IMG/VR virus record: IMGVR_UViG_3300016722_000014
Span: 1-24,005 of that record
DNA: 24,005 bases
Source: a virus
Taxonomy: Duplodnaviria > Caudoviricetes
Strand: one strand, 5' to 3'
Positions 15,715-24,005 of the stretch are shown in pieces. The position numbers were made by a program, and so were the translations under genes. The notes under the pieces are model-generated. The model made no database searches, was not told the DNA's origin, and saw only the letters and a list, made by a program, of their open reading frames with translations. Within the stretch, counting starts at the first letter, position 1, and every line of letters starts with the position of its first letter.

Positions 15715-16070
15715 TGTACCTAACGGCTGAACAGTACGCAACCTATACCGGGGAAGCCGCACCGTCTGACTTTAACGCTTGCTTGGATATGGCCGAAAGC
15801 CTTGTTGATCTGCATACCCTGAACTTTTACGCGCAGGTGAGCGTTTCGGCGCTCCCTGCCGTGGTTCAGAAGTACCTTCAACGGGCGGTAGCCTATCAGG
15901 TGCAGGCTATCAGTCAGGCGGGCGGCATAGCCGGTATGACGGAGCCGCACACGCAAAGCGCAAGCGTCGGGAAAGTGAGCTATTCAATGGCTGCTCAACC
16001 GGCGCTTTGCGCCCCGGCGGCGCTGTGCATTCCGTTTCTGCTGTCCTACGCGAGGGGGTACGGAGCGTGA
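15714..16070 (+). CDS. Head-tail adaptor
   Basis: MYLTAEQY..AESLVDLHT..RAVAYQV..SASVGKVSYS; position after the major capsid gene. Confidence 0.75.
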   Translation: MYLTAEQYATYTGEAAPSDFNACLDMAESLVDLHTLNFYAQVSVSALPAVVQKYLQRAVAYQVQAISQAGGIAGMTEPHTQSASVGKVSYSMAAQPALCAPAALCIPFLLSYARGYGA

Positions 16071-16399
16071 TACCTATTCAGCCCTCTATGCTGATTCACG
16101 CGGCGACGCTGCAAAATTCATCGTCTGACCGCGACCAAAACCGTACCTATACGACAGTGGACGCACTCACGCGGGTACGCATGGAGCCAACCAGCAAGCA
16201 GGTAATAACGGCCACAGGGGCACAGAAACAGCTATCCGCGTTGCTGCTGTTTGATGTGCGCAACAGCCGCCCGGCAGGAACCACCTTTGCGGTAGGGCAG
16301 TACATCCTGTGGAACGGCAGCGAGTACCGCGTTGAAACCGTTGATGCCCTGTATGACAGGCGCAAACTGCACCATTACGAGGTGGGGCTAAGTGGCTAA
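16067..16399 (+). CDS. Head closure protein (A118 'minor capsid'-type)
   Basis: GTG 16067 in a GTGA overlap; IPIQPSMLIH..RVRMEP..LHHYEVGL; synteny. Confidence 0.7.
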   Translation: MIPIQPSMLIHAATLQNSSSDRDQNRTYTTVDALTRVRMEPTSKQVITATGAQKQLSALLLFDVRNSRPAGTTFAVGQYILWNGSEYRVETVDALYDRRKLHHYEVGLSG

Positions 16400-16736
16400 T
16401 AAAATCCGCGTGGAAGTCAATTCCGCGCAGGTTGCCGGACGCGTGCAATCTCGCTGGAAAGCGGGAAGGTATCGATTGTGCGCCGTGATTCGGGACGATT
16501 GCAACGAGTATGTGCGCATATACAAAAACACGTTGCGCAATAGCAGCCTTTCCGCGTCACGGCTGGCTGACGGGCTGATTATCTGGAACACGCCATATGC
16601 CCGCCGGGTGTATTACACCGGCACACCACGGACAACTGTCAACCCCAACGCCAGCTTACAATGGTGCGAGAAAGCCAAGGATGCGCATCAAAAAAAGTGG
16701 CGTAAGATGGCCGCAGAAATCGTAGGAGGCGAGTAA
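16392..16736 (+). CDS. Neck / tail completion protein (minor capsid 2-type)
   Basis: TLRNS..IIWNTPYARRVYY..NPNASLQWCEKAK; synteny. Confidence 0.75.
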   Translation: MANKIRVEVNSAQVAGRVQSRWKAGRYRLCAVIRDDCNEYVRIYKNTLRNSSLSASRLADGLIIWNTPYARRVYYTGTPRTTVNPNASLQWCEKAKDAHQKKWRKMAAEIVGGE

Positions 16737-17123
16737 ATGAGCATCCAACAGCAGATTATGGACGCGATTGCCGCCCTGATCGATGCGCGGAACAACTACG
16801 CTACCATCGTTTATGGCGCATTGCCAGCGACCAACGGCCTGTGTATGGCGGCTTCGACCGGCAGCGCGGATGAAGTCACGTTAGCGCATGGAGGGCAGTA
16901 CAGCCTAAGCGTGGTGCTCAATGGCAAGCACTCCAACCAGCGCACGGTATACGATACCCTGTGCTCCATACACGAATACCTAAACAAGCTGTTTGTCTAC
17001 CCATCCGGAACCGGCTGGGCGGTATGCAGCATACAAACAAACGCGTCGCCCGGATATATCGACCGTGAGGAATCGCAATGGCTTTACGGGTCGAGCCTGA
17101 CGATAGCTTACATCATCGATTAA
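16737..17123 (+). CDS. Tail terminator protein (minor capsid 3-type)
   Basis: 128 aa directly upstream of the tail tube gene; AGGAGG RBS. Confidence 0.65.
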   Translation: MSIQQQIMDAIAALIDARNNYATIVYGALPATNGLCMAASTGSADEVTLAHGGQYSLSVVLNGKHSNQRTVYDTLCSIHEYLNKLFVYPSGTGWAVCSIQTNASPGYIDREESQWLYGSSLTIAYIID

Positions 17124-17133
17124 GGAGGCAATT

Positions 17134-17637
17134 ATGCCCGAAAAGAAAGTCATGCGCAAGGAGCTTGCGCAGTATTACGGCATCGGCTCCACGCCTACGT
17201 ACAACCTCATGAATACCGGCTTTGTCAAACTGTCCGAGGAAAACAGCCCGCAAATGGACAACGTCGCGTATGTAGGCAACGCCAACGGCTCCCCCACTAT
17301 CGTGGGCTATGAGGGCAAATGGGCGTATGAAGCGCAGTACATCGCAGGCAATGCGGTTTGCGATGACCTTGCGGAGATCGCCCGCACGCAGAAAACCGGC
17401 TCCGACTGCGAGCGTGTGCTCGTGGATGTCGACCTCAACAAAGAGGACAATACGGCCGCCGGAAGCTATTACGCCCGCAAAATGGTGATTGCTGTGGAGG
17501 CAACCGGCCCGAACGGCGATCCCAAACAGGTAACCAAGCTGACGGGCAACTTCCACCAGATTGGTGACATTGTCGAGGGGCTTTTCGCCCTGACCGGCAA
17601 AACGTTCACGGCTGGCACTTACACGCCCAAGGCGTAA
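17134..17637 (+). CDS. Major tail (tube) protein
   Basis: TAAGGAGG RBS; YNLMNTGFVKLSEENSPQ..YVGNANGSPTIVGYE..GNFHQIGDIVEGLF; synteny. Confidence 0.8.
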   Translation: MPEKKVMRKELAQYYGIGSTPTYNLMNTGFVKLSEENSPQMDNVAYVGNANGSPTIVGYEGKWAYEAQYIAGNAVCDDLAEIARTQKTGSDCERVLVDVDLNKEDNTAAGSYYARKMVIAVEATGPNGDPKQVTKLTGNFHQIGDIVEGLFALTGKTFTAGTYTPKA

Positions 17638-17645
17638 CAACACAC

Positions 17646-17669
17646 GGGGAGCGGACAAAACCGCTCCCC
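17646..17669 (+). terminator. GC-rich hairpin after the tail tube gene (attenuator or mRNA stabiliser)
   Basis: GGGGAGCGG-ACAAAA-CCGCTCCCC perfect 9-bp stem, no U-tract. Confidence 0.55.
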
Positions 17670-17690
17670 TCGCGCAGTTAGGAGGATAAC

Positions 17691-18035
17691 ATGCGAGAAA
17701 TTACGTTGCCGGTTGAAACCGCAAAAATCAAAATCAACGGTATGGTGTTTGAATTGCACATGTCCGATCTGGACATTTACAACCGCGCCCAAGAGATTCA
17801 CCAGAAGTTTCAAAAATACAACGAGCGCCCCACGGATTCATTTCCGCCCGATGAAGTTCTTGCTGACTGCAACGAACTTGCGGGGTTTCTGGATTCGATG
17901 CTTGGCGACGGAGCTGTTGCCAGAATCAGCAAGGGCAAGCCGGTACGGATGGCAATGCTCTTCCGCTGGATTGACGTGATTGCCGAAGATGCAGCATCAC
18001 ATTATGCGGAGTTGGTCGAGGGTGAACACGATTGA
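17691..18035 (+). CDS. Tail assembly chaperone
   Basis: AGGAGG RBS; between tail tube and Gp15-like genes; FLDSMLGDGAVARI. Confidence 0.7.
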   Translation: MREITLPVETAKIKINGMVFELHMSDLDIYNRAQEIHQKFQKYNERPTDSFPPDEVLADCNELAGFLDSMLGDGAVARISKGKPVRMAMLFRWIDVIAEDAASHYAELVEGEHD

Positions 18036-18621
18036 CCTTGAACGGCAGGGCGCACTACCATCTACATTAGAAAGCACAGACGGGAAGGAATACCCTATCG
18101 ACCCTTCGTTTCGTGTGGTGCTGTCCTGTCTGCGTGTTTTAGCCGACCCCGACAAGCCGGAACTTGACAAGGTGGTATACCTTGCGTCCCGGTTTTTTTT
18201 GCGCCATCCACCGCCCGACATGAGCGAGTTGTTTCGGGGCTTTGTGCTTGGGGAAACGCAGGAAGAATCCGACGGGGAACAATACCTTGATTTTGCTTTG
18301 GACGCGGGCGTGATCTATGCCAGTTTTCGACAACAGTATGGAATCAACCTGTTACGCGATGAACTGCACTGGTTCGAATTTCGTGAGTTGCTTGCTGGGC
18401 TTAACGAGCAAACGCCTTTCGGGCAAAGGCTTGTGATACGCCAGCGCGATGTTGAGGACGTTGCCGAGCGCGATCGGGCGAAGTTTAGGACGATCAAAGA
18501 ACGTCTTGCTATTAAACCCAAAGAAAGCCAGCGCGAAAAAGAACTTCGCGCAGAGCTAAACCGTAGACTGGAAGCCGGAGAAGACCCGGCTGACATCCTT
18601 AACGCGCTGAAGGAGGTGTAA
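18022..18621 (+). CDS. A118 Gp15-like tail assembly protein
   Basis: YPIDPSFRVVL..DFALDAGVIYASFRQQYGINL..LHWFEFRELLAGL..TPFGQRLVIR; GTG 18022 is the inferred start. Confidence 0.85.
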   Translation: MNTIDLERQGALPSTLESTDGKEYPIDPSFRVVLSCLRVLADPDKPELDKVVYLASRFFLRHPPPDMSELFRGFVLGETQEESDGEQYLDFALDAGVIYASFRQQYGINLLRDELHWFEFRELLAGLNEQTPFGQRLVIRQRDVEDVAERDRAKFRTIKERLAIKPKESQREKELRAELNRRLEAGEDPADILNALKEV

Positions 18622-18624
18622 CCA

Positions 18625-21600
18625 ATGGCGGCTGATTCTCGCGTGATATTTTCTACCGAGCTAGACGAAAGCGGCCTGAAACGTGGATTATCTCGCCTTG
18701 GTTCCTCCGTTGGCGTGATGGCCAAAGGTATGGGGCTTGCTCTTGGAGCGGTCGCGACTGGGTTGGGTGCGCTTGCAAAAAACGGAATGGCTTACAACAG
18801 CCAAATGGAGCAGTATACTACTAGCTTTACGACGATGCTTGGAAGCGCGAGCGCCGCACAGGCAAAGGTTGCAGAGCTAAAAGAGTATGCCGCGAAAACG
18901 CCGTTTGAAATGACCGACCTTGCCAATGCAACCAAGACCATCTTGGGTTTTGGTGTGGCAGAAGAACGGGCAGACACCGCCATGAAGCGAATGGGCGACA
19001 TCAGCCAAGGCAATGCGGAGAAGTTTAACTCCCTGTCGCTGGTGTATGGACAGGTCGCCAGCACTGGGAAACTGATGGGGCAAGACCTGCTGCAAATGAT
19101 TAATGCCGGGTTTAACCCATTGCAACAGATCGCCGAAAAGACAGGCGCGTCTATGGGCGACCTGAAAGCGGTAATGAGCGGAGACAAGACCTCCAAAGAG
19201 TTCCAAACGATGGTCAAAAATGCCCAGAAGGAAGTTAAGAAACTGGGCGAAAACGCTTCTCCGGCCGCAAAAATGCTTGCCCAAATCGGAACGGAGGGCG
19301 TTATTTCTGCTGATCTTGTCGACCAAGCTATGCAGATCGCCACCGAGAAGGGCGGGCTGTTCTACGGCGCAATGGATAAGCAAAGCAAAACCGCCGCCGG
19401 GCTTATCTCCACGCTGAAGGATAACCTAAACGCGTTGGGCGGGGATGCTTTTGCAGGGTTGTCAAACGCCGCCAAGGAACAGGCCATTCCGGCCGCACTT
19501 GCATACGTCGATCAAATGACCGAGGCGTTGCGCACTGGCGGCGTTAAAGGGCTGGTTTCCGAGGCCGGGAACGTGCTTGGCAGCGTTGTAGGCGATGCTT
19601 CGACCTTTGCCCCGCAGGCTATAAACATGGCGTTAGGGCTTATCCAATCGCTTGTGAGCGGCCTTAAAAAGAACGCGAGCAAGATTGCCAAGGGACTGGG
19701 AGAAACACTCAAGGCCGCGGCTATCGGGATGCTAAAGGCCGTTCCTGATATGCTATCAACGCTTCTGGAAATCGCGATGGAGCTTGTTTCATCGCTCGCA
19801 GACGCGCTGCCGGAAATACTACCAGAGCTGGTAGAATCCTTACTTGAGACGTTTGGTGATTTAATAACAAATGTGCCGCAACTGATCGCTATTGGAATAA
19901 AAGTCGCGGCCGCGTTGGTCATTGGAATTGTGGGGGGTATTGGGAAACTGCTTGGAAGCGTTGGCGACATGTTTACGTCCCTGTTTGGCGGCGTAAAAGT
20001 CAATGCGAAAGAAGTCCAGGATTACGTTGATCGCAAAACCTCCGGCTATGTTAAAGCCTATTCCGACACCAAGACCAAAATCGATGAACTAAAAACATCG
20101 ATCAACGGCGGGCTTGCGGAGAACGATACCGACCTTGATAAAGCAATGGCATTGGTTGAAGCTCTAGAAGAAATGGGAAACCCCAAAGACCTCAACGAAA
20201 GCCAGCTCGCACAATACAAGGCCATCGTCGAACAGCTTAAAACAGACTGGCCGGACTTGGCTCCTTACATCGGGAAGAATGGCCTATTCAAACAAGATAC
20301 CGACGCGATTAGGGAGCACATCAAGGAATTAGCCAAGGAAAAAGAGCTTGAATACCTGCTTGGAAAGCTCCCCGAAGCAAAAGAAGCGCAGGCGCAAGCA
20401 CAGAAAGACCTTGACGAACGCAAGGCCGCCATTCTTGAGGAAATTACCCTTCTTAAGGAAAAAGAATCCATACAGAAGGCGATAGAATCCATCAGGGAGA
20501 AAGCCGCCAACGCGATAACCCAATCCACAAATTCATCCTCACCCGACGAAGATGCTAAAGTTATCCAGAACACGAAGTCCCTATTGGACGAATACGTCAA
20601 GGCCGGAGGTACGCTAGAAAGTATTAAGTCCCTTTTGGTCAATCCAGAAGATATTAACGTTTCTAGTTTTTCGTCGGCAACGGATGTACTTAGTGCGTTT
20701 CAAAAACTCGCCACTGACGGAAGTCTGCAAACTGACATCGCGAGCATCCAATCCGCTATCGACACGCTTACAAATGGGGGCACAACAGCAGAGGGTGTCA
20801 CCATTCCCGCTCTTTCTGCGCTTGTAACACAGTGCGGAGAAGCGTCCGGGGTTGTGACTGGGTTACAGACGCAAATCGATGCGCTGTATGAGGTTCCAGA
20901 GGGCGAGGAAACCCCTGACAAGAAAACGCGCTCCATAAAAACCAATGTTGACGGAGACATTACAGAAACGGGCAAAGCGCTGGACGATGCAAAAACCAGC
21001 CTACATGATAAGGCTGTTGCGGTTCGAGATTCCATCACGTCCGGCCTGACCGGCGGGGAATCCGGCGGGGATTCCGAGACGGAAGCCGGTACTTCCGGCG
21101 ATATTGCCGGGGCTGGCAGCTCGATCATTGACCAGTTTGCAAAGGGCATGGAGGATAACGACAGCATCAAGGGCGTAATCAAAAACAAAGTGCTTGCGTC
21201 TGTCAGCAACGCCCGCATAGGGACATGGCAACCCGCTTATTCGGTGGGGCAGTACCTTGTTTCCGGGATTGCGGCCGGGGCATCCAGCAAAAGCGGATTT
21301 CTTAACGTGACGCTTACGAAGATCATCAAGGACGCTGTGGACGCGGCAAAAAAAGCCGCTGGGATTAACAGCCCTTCCCGGTTGTTCCGTGACCAGGTTG
21401 GCGCACCAATCGCGGCGGGCATCGAAGTCGGCATAACTGGCCGCATGACCGGCGTGCTGGCAGCAATCAGTAAGTCGGTCGCGGAGAGCGCACAGGCTGG
21501 CAAGGCCGCTCTGGACAATACCCTGTTGGGGCGCGTCCAGTCGATCGCCGGTATTGGGTATGCGTATCCAAGCACTGGGGCAGTAAGCGCCGGGATAATG

Positions 21601-21771
21601 CGCGGTTCCGCGCTGCTGGCATACGGTTCGGCGGGAACGCCCGGCGAGGCGGGAACGACCATATACGCCCCGCAAACGATCAACTTTAACCGGGAAATGC
21701 AAGCCCCTGACGAAATAGCGCGGTCGATTAGGCGGCAAACGACATACGGATTGGCAGGTGCAAGGCGTTGA
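18625..21771 (+). CDS. Tape measure protein
   Basis: 1048 aa, Ala/Gly-rich and helical; YNSQMEQYTTSFTTMLGS..AAKTPFE..GQDLLQMINAGFNPL; C-terminal GINSPSRLFRDQVG. Confidence 0.93.
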   Translation: MAADSRVIFSTELDESGLKRGLSRLGSSVGVMAKGMGLALGAVATGLGALAKNGMAYNSQMEQYTTSFTTMLGSASAAQAKVAELKEYAAKTPFEMTDLANATKTILGFGVAEERADTAMKRMGDISQGNAEKFNSLSLVYGQVASTGKLMGQDLLQMINAGFNPLQQIAEKTGASMGDLKAVMSGDKTSKEFQTMVKNAQKEVKKLGENASPAAKMLAQIGTEGVISADLVDQAMQIATEKGGLFYGAMDKQSKTAAGLISTLKDNLNALGGDAFAGLSNAAKEQAIPAALAYVDQMTEALRTGGVKGLVSEAGNVLGSVVGDASTFAPQAINMALGLIQSLVSGLKKNASKIAKGLGETLKAAAIGMLKAVPDMLSTLLEIAMELVSSLADALPEILPELVESLLETFGDLITNVPQLIAIGIKVAAALVIGIVGGIGKLLGSVGDMFTSLFGGVKVNAKEVQDYVDRKTSGYVKAYSDTKTKIDELKTSINGGLAENDTDLDKAMALVEALEEMGNPKDLNESQLAQYKAIVEQLKTDWPDLAPYIGKNGLFKQDTDAIREHIKELAKEKELEYLLGKLPEAKEAQAQAQKDLDERKAAILEEITLLKEKESIQKAIESIREKAANAITQSTNSSSPDEDAKVIQNTKSLLDEYVKAGGTLESIKSLLVNPEDINVSSFSSATDVLSAFQKLATDGSLQTDIASIQSAIDTLTNGGTTAEGVTIPALSALVTQCGEASGVVTGLQTQIDALYEVPEGEETPDKKTRSIKTNVDGDITETGKALDDAKTSLHDKAVAVRDSITSGLTGGESGGDSETEAGTSGDIAGAGSSIIDQFAKGMEDNDSIKGVIKNKVLASVSNARIGTWQPAYSVGQYLVSGIAAGASSKSGFLNVTLTKIIKDAVDAAKKAAGINSPSRLFRDQVGAPIAAGIEVGITGRMTGVLAAISKSVAESAQAGKAALDNTLLGRVQSIAGIGYAYPSTGAVSAGIMRGSALLAYGSAGTPGEAGTTIYAPQTINFNREMQAPDEIARSIRRQTTYGLAGARR

Positions 21772-22619
21772 GCAAGATCACTGTGAAATTCACGCGGTCT
21801 GATGGCAAAACCATGTCGATTGACGATACTACGCTCGGCCTGATCGCTGCCAAGGGGCTTGACGCGGCCAATGTGGAAACCTTCACGCAAAAATCTGCCA
21901 TTGGCGATGGCGACCTCGTAACCGGTCAACGGGTGGGCAGCAGAACGATTGAGTTTACTGCCCGCCCGCGTAATTCCGCGCTTAATGAGGTGCTTAAACG
22001 CGCATGGACAAGCTTTTTCACGGCAGGGCGTACTTACGACGTATGTGTAACCAGATACGGTAATAAGCGATATGCTGCCGGGTGCTACCTTGACAGTTTT
22101 GAAATCCCCACAGATAACCAGTACAAGCCCATCACGCTCAAGATCAGCCTGCTCATGCCGGAAGGATACTGGCTATCGGTGGACAGTTTCGGCAAAAATA
22201 TCGCGGGCGTGGATGGCCGGGCAGGGTGGCCGTGGATAGCGCAGGAAGGATATGGACGGATTTACGGCATCTACTCCTACGCCGGCACGGTTGCCCTCGA
22301 TAATGACGGGGACGCAGAAGCGTACTGTATGGCCGTTTTTACGGCGCAGGGAACCGTTACAAACCCGAAACTGATAGCCGGCGACGGGTACGTCCGGGTG
22401 CTCACGACGCTAAACGATGGCGATGTAATGATTATTGACGGGAAAACCAAATCGGTTACCATCAACGGCGCAAACGCGGCTACCCTTGTCGACAAAGCTT
22501 CCAGTTTTGCCGGAATCGTGTTCGGGCTAGGCACAAACACCATCGGTTTCACCGCCGATGTAGGCAGCAACGTGGTCGCCGTGACCGTGTACTACAACAA
22601 GCGATATATGGGGGCGTGA
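21768..22619 (+). CDS. Distal tail protein (Dit)
   Basis: Follows the tape measure gene; GDGDLVTGQRVGSRTI, NDGDAEAY..GTVTNPKL, LGTNTIGFTAD. Confidence 0.8.
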   Translation: MSKITVKFTRSDGKTMSIDDTTLGLIAAKGLDAANVETFTQKSAIGDGDLVTGQRVGSRTIEFTARPRNSALNEVLKRAWTSFFTAGRTYDVCVTRYGNKRYAAGCYLDSFEIPTDNQYKPITLKISLLMPEGYWLSVDSFGKNIAGVDGRAGWPWIAQEGYGRIYGIYSYAGTVALDNDGDAEAYCMAVFTAQGTVTNPKLIAGDGYVRVLTTLNDGDVMIIDGKTKSVTINGANAATLVDKASSFAGIVFGLGTNTIGFTADVGSNVVAVTVYYNKRYMGA

Positions 22620-22623
22620 TGCG

Positions 22624-23637
22624 ATGGAGCTGTTTGGTCTGGATGCATCCCGCGCTACCGTAAAGCGGTTACAGTGCATTAACATCCAATGGAACCGCAG
22701 GTATTACGAAGCTGGGGACTACGCCTTGCAAATGCGGGCAGAGGATTGGGATTCCCGGATTGCTTACATCTACACCGCAGAACGCCCCGAAGTTGGCATG
22801 GTGCAAAAGGTTGAGGCCGTTCACGACGTAAAAGGCGACTTTGTGAACGTGAGCGGGTTTTTTCTTGAGGGCATGTTCAACTGGAAGGTCATATGGTACC
22901 GGAAAGCGGTCGACGGGAACGTTGCCGACGCTTGCCGCCAGCTCATGACCACCTATATGACTTACCTCGGCAACTTAACGCTTACAATCCCGGCGGGTGA
23001 CCCTATCGGAGATCCTGACACGTTCGAGTTTGAGGGGCAGGTGCTCGGCGATTCCACCTATGGCGCGTTAAAGCTGCAAGAGCTAAGCCAGCGCATAAAG
23101 TGGGATAAGACTACAAACGTGCTGTCTTATGAGGTCTGGCAGGGGCTTGACCGGACGCAGAGCCAGAGCACAAACGCATATGCGGTATTCTCGCAGGACA
23201 ACGGCACGGTCGACAGTCTAACCCTTACAGTTGACAGTAGCGACTATTTTAATTGCGCTCATGTGGTGTATGGCGACGATGTGCATACAGAGGTTTACAA
23301 CCTCGTCAACCTGACGGACGCGCGGCACTGGATGTATATCACGTCCGACATCAACGAGAGCGATTACCCCACCAATGCAAAATTTGTCGCGGCGGTCAAA
23401 CACGCCGCCCTGCTGGAACTGCAAAAGCACGCGAACATTGTCAACATAGACGCGCAAGTCATCCAGCACAACATGCATTACCTGGTAGATTACGATCTTG
23501 GCGACAAATGCAACGTGCGCGACGATAAAACCGGGCTTGCGTATGAAACGCGCATCATCGAGGTTAATGAGGTGTGGAAGGACAACACCCACGCCGTAGC
23601 CCTGCAATTCGGAGACAAATTGCCCGTAGGGGTTTAA
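22624..23637 (+). CDS. Tail hub / minor tail protein (ReqiPepy6 Gp37-like)
   Basis: IQWNRRYYEAGDYAL, VWQGLDRT..AVFS, YLVDYDLGDKCNV..RIIEVNEVW..LQFG. Confidence 0.8.
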   Translation: MELFGLDASRATVKRLQCINIQWNRRYYEAGDYALQMRAEDWDSRIAYIYTAERPEVGMVQKVEAVHDVKGDFVNVSGFFLEGMFNWKVIWYRKAVDGNVADACRQLMTTYMTYLGNLTLTIPAGDPIGDPDTFEFEGQVLGDSTYGALKLQELSQRIKWDKTTNVLSYEVWQGLDRTQSQSTNAYAVFSQDNGTVDSLTLTVDSSDYFNCAHVVYGDDVHTEVYNLVNLTDARHWMYITSDINESDYPTNAKFVAAVKHAALLELQKHANIVNIDAQVIQHNMHYLVDYDLGDKCNVRDDKTGLAYETRIIEVNEVWKDNTHAVALQFGDKLPVGV

Positions 23638-23649
23638 GGAGATGGCAAT

Positions 23650-24005
23650 ATGGCGGTATCGTGGCCGTTTAATTCTACTGTAACGCAGGACACCGAGGGG
23701 AATCCGATTTACAGCCGAGCATACAGCGCGGATGTGATTGCGCGGATACTTAGTAAGTATTTCCGCAACGGTGTTTTCTCCGACGATGTTTCCAGTTTGC
23801 AAGTGCTGGAATCCGACGGTATGACTGTGGACGTGCAGCCCGGCGACGCTCTTATTAATGGGCATCACTTTTATGAGGAATCTGTGCGCACCCTGACAGT
23901 ACAGGCGGCGAGCGCGACGCTCGACCGGATTGATACGGTCGTTTTGCGCCTAAATCTAGCCGTGGACGCGCTGACGATCGACTTGTATGTGGTGCAAGGG
24001 ACAGC
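23650..24005 (+). CDS. Baseplate / tail fibre-attachment protein (partial, runs off the window)
   Basis: AAGGAG RBS; MAVSWPFNS..YSRAYSA..FRNGVF..GMTVDVQPGDALING..LDRIDTVVLRLN; open to the window end. Confidence 0.75.
   Translation, partial: MAVSWPFNSTVTQDTEGNPIYSRAYSADVIARILSKYFRNGVFSDDVSSLQVLESDGMTVDVQPGDALINGHHFYEESVRTLTVQAASATLDRIDTVVLRLNLAVDALTIDLYVVQGT

Noticed and set aside
14053-15762. 569-aa minus-strand ORF
   Set aside because: Antisense shadow of the scaffold and capsid genes, explained by their codon bias; no recognisable motifs.
17980-18040. Programmed frameshift between the tail chaperones (lambda G/GT type)
   Set aside because: No X XXY YYZ slippery site seen near the end of the first ORF; the Gp15-like gene has its own plausible GTG start.
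23642-23683. ATG at 23642 as start of the last gene
   Set aside because: It abuts the RBS and closes after 13 codons; ATG 23650 has proper spacing and opens the baseplate-like frame.

Overview
A 24-kb segment of a tailed (siphovirus-type) phage or prophage, most likely of a Firmicutes/Clostridia-like host; all credible genes are on the + strand. From left to right: (1) a recombination/replication block (tail end of a probable ATPase, free-standing HNH endonuclease, PD-(D/E)XK exonuclease, ERCC4 nuclease, SSB, CHC2 zinc-finger protein, DUF927-type helicase) followed by an iteron-rich origin-like region at 4746-5011; (2) a run of small accessory genes (MazG-like, two Lar-like zinc ribbons, small membrane peptides); (3) two RinA/ArpU-like regulators flanking a perfect sigma-70 promoter and a hairpin; (4) an A118/SPP1-like morphogenesis operon from terminase to baseplate. 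The most notable items are a minor capsid (MuF-like) protein with a C-terminal His-rich putative toxin plus an adjacent immunity candidate, a promoter/hairpin layout reminiscent of lambda pR'/Q, an ssb gene that appears to start at ACG, an unannotated 15-aa Lys/Gly peptide gene in the head module, and a lone in-frame TAG in a window where no other called gene ends in TAG. All family assignments come from motif recognition and synteny, not from database searches.
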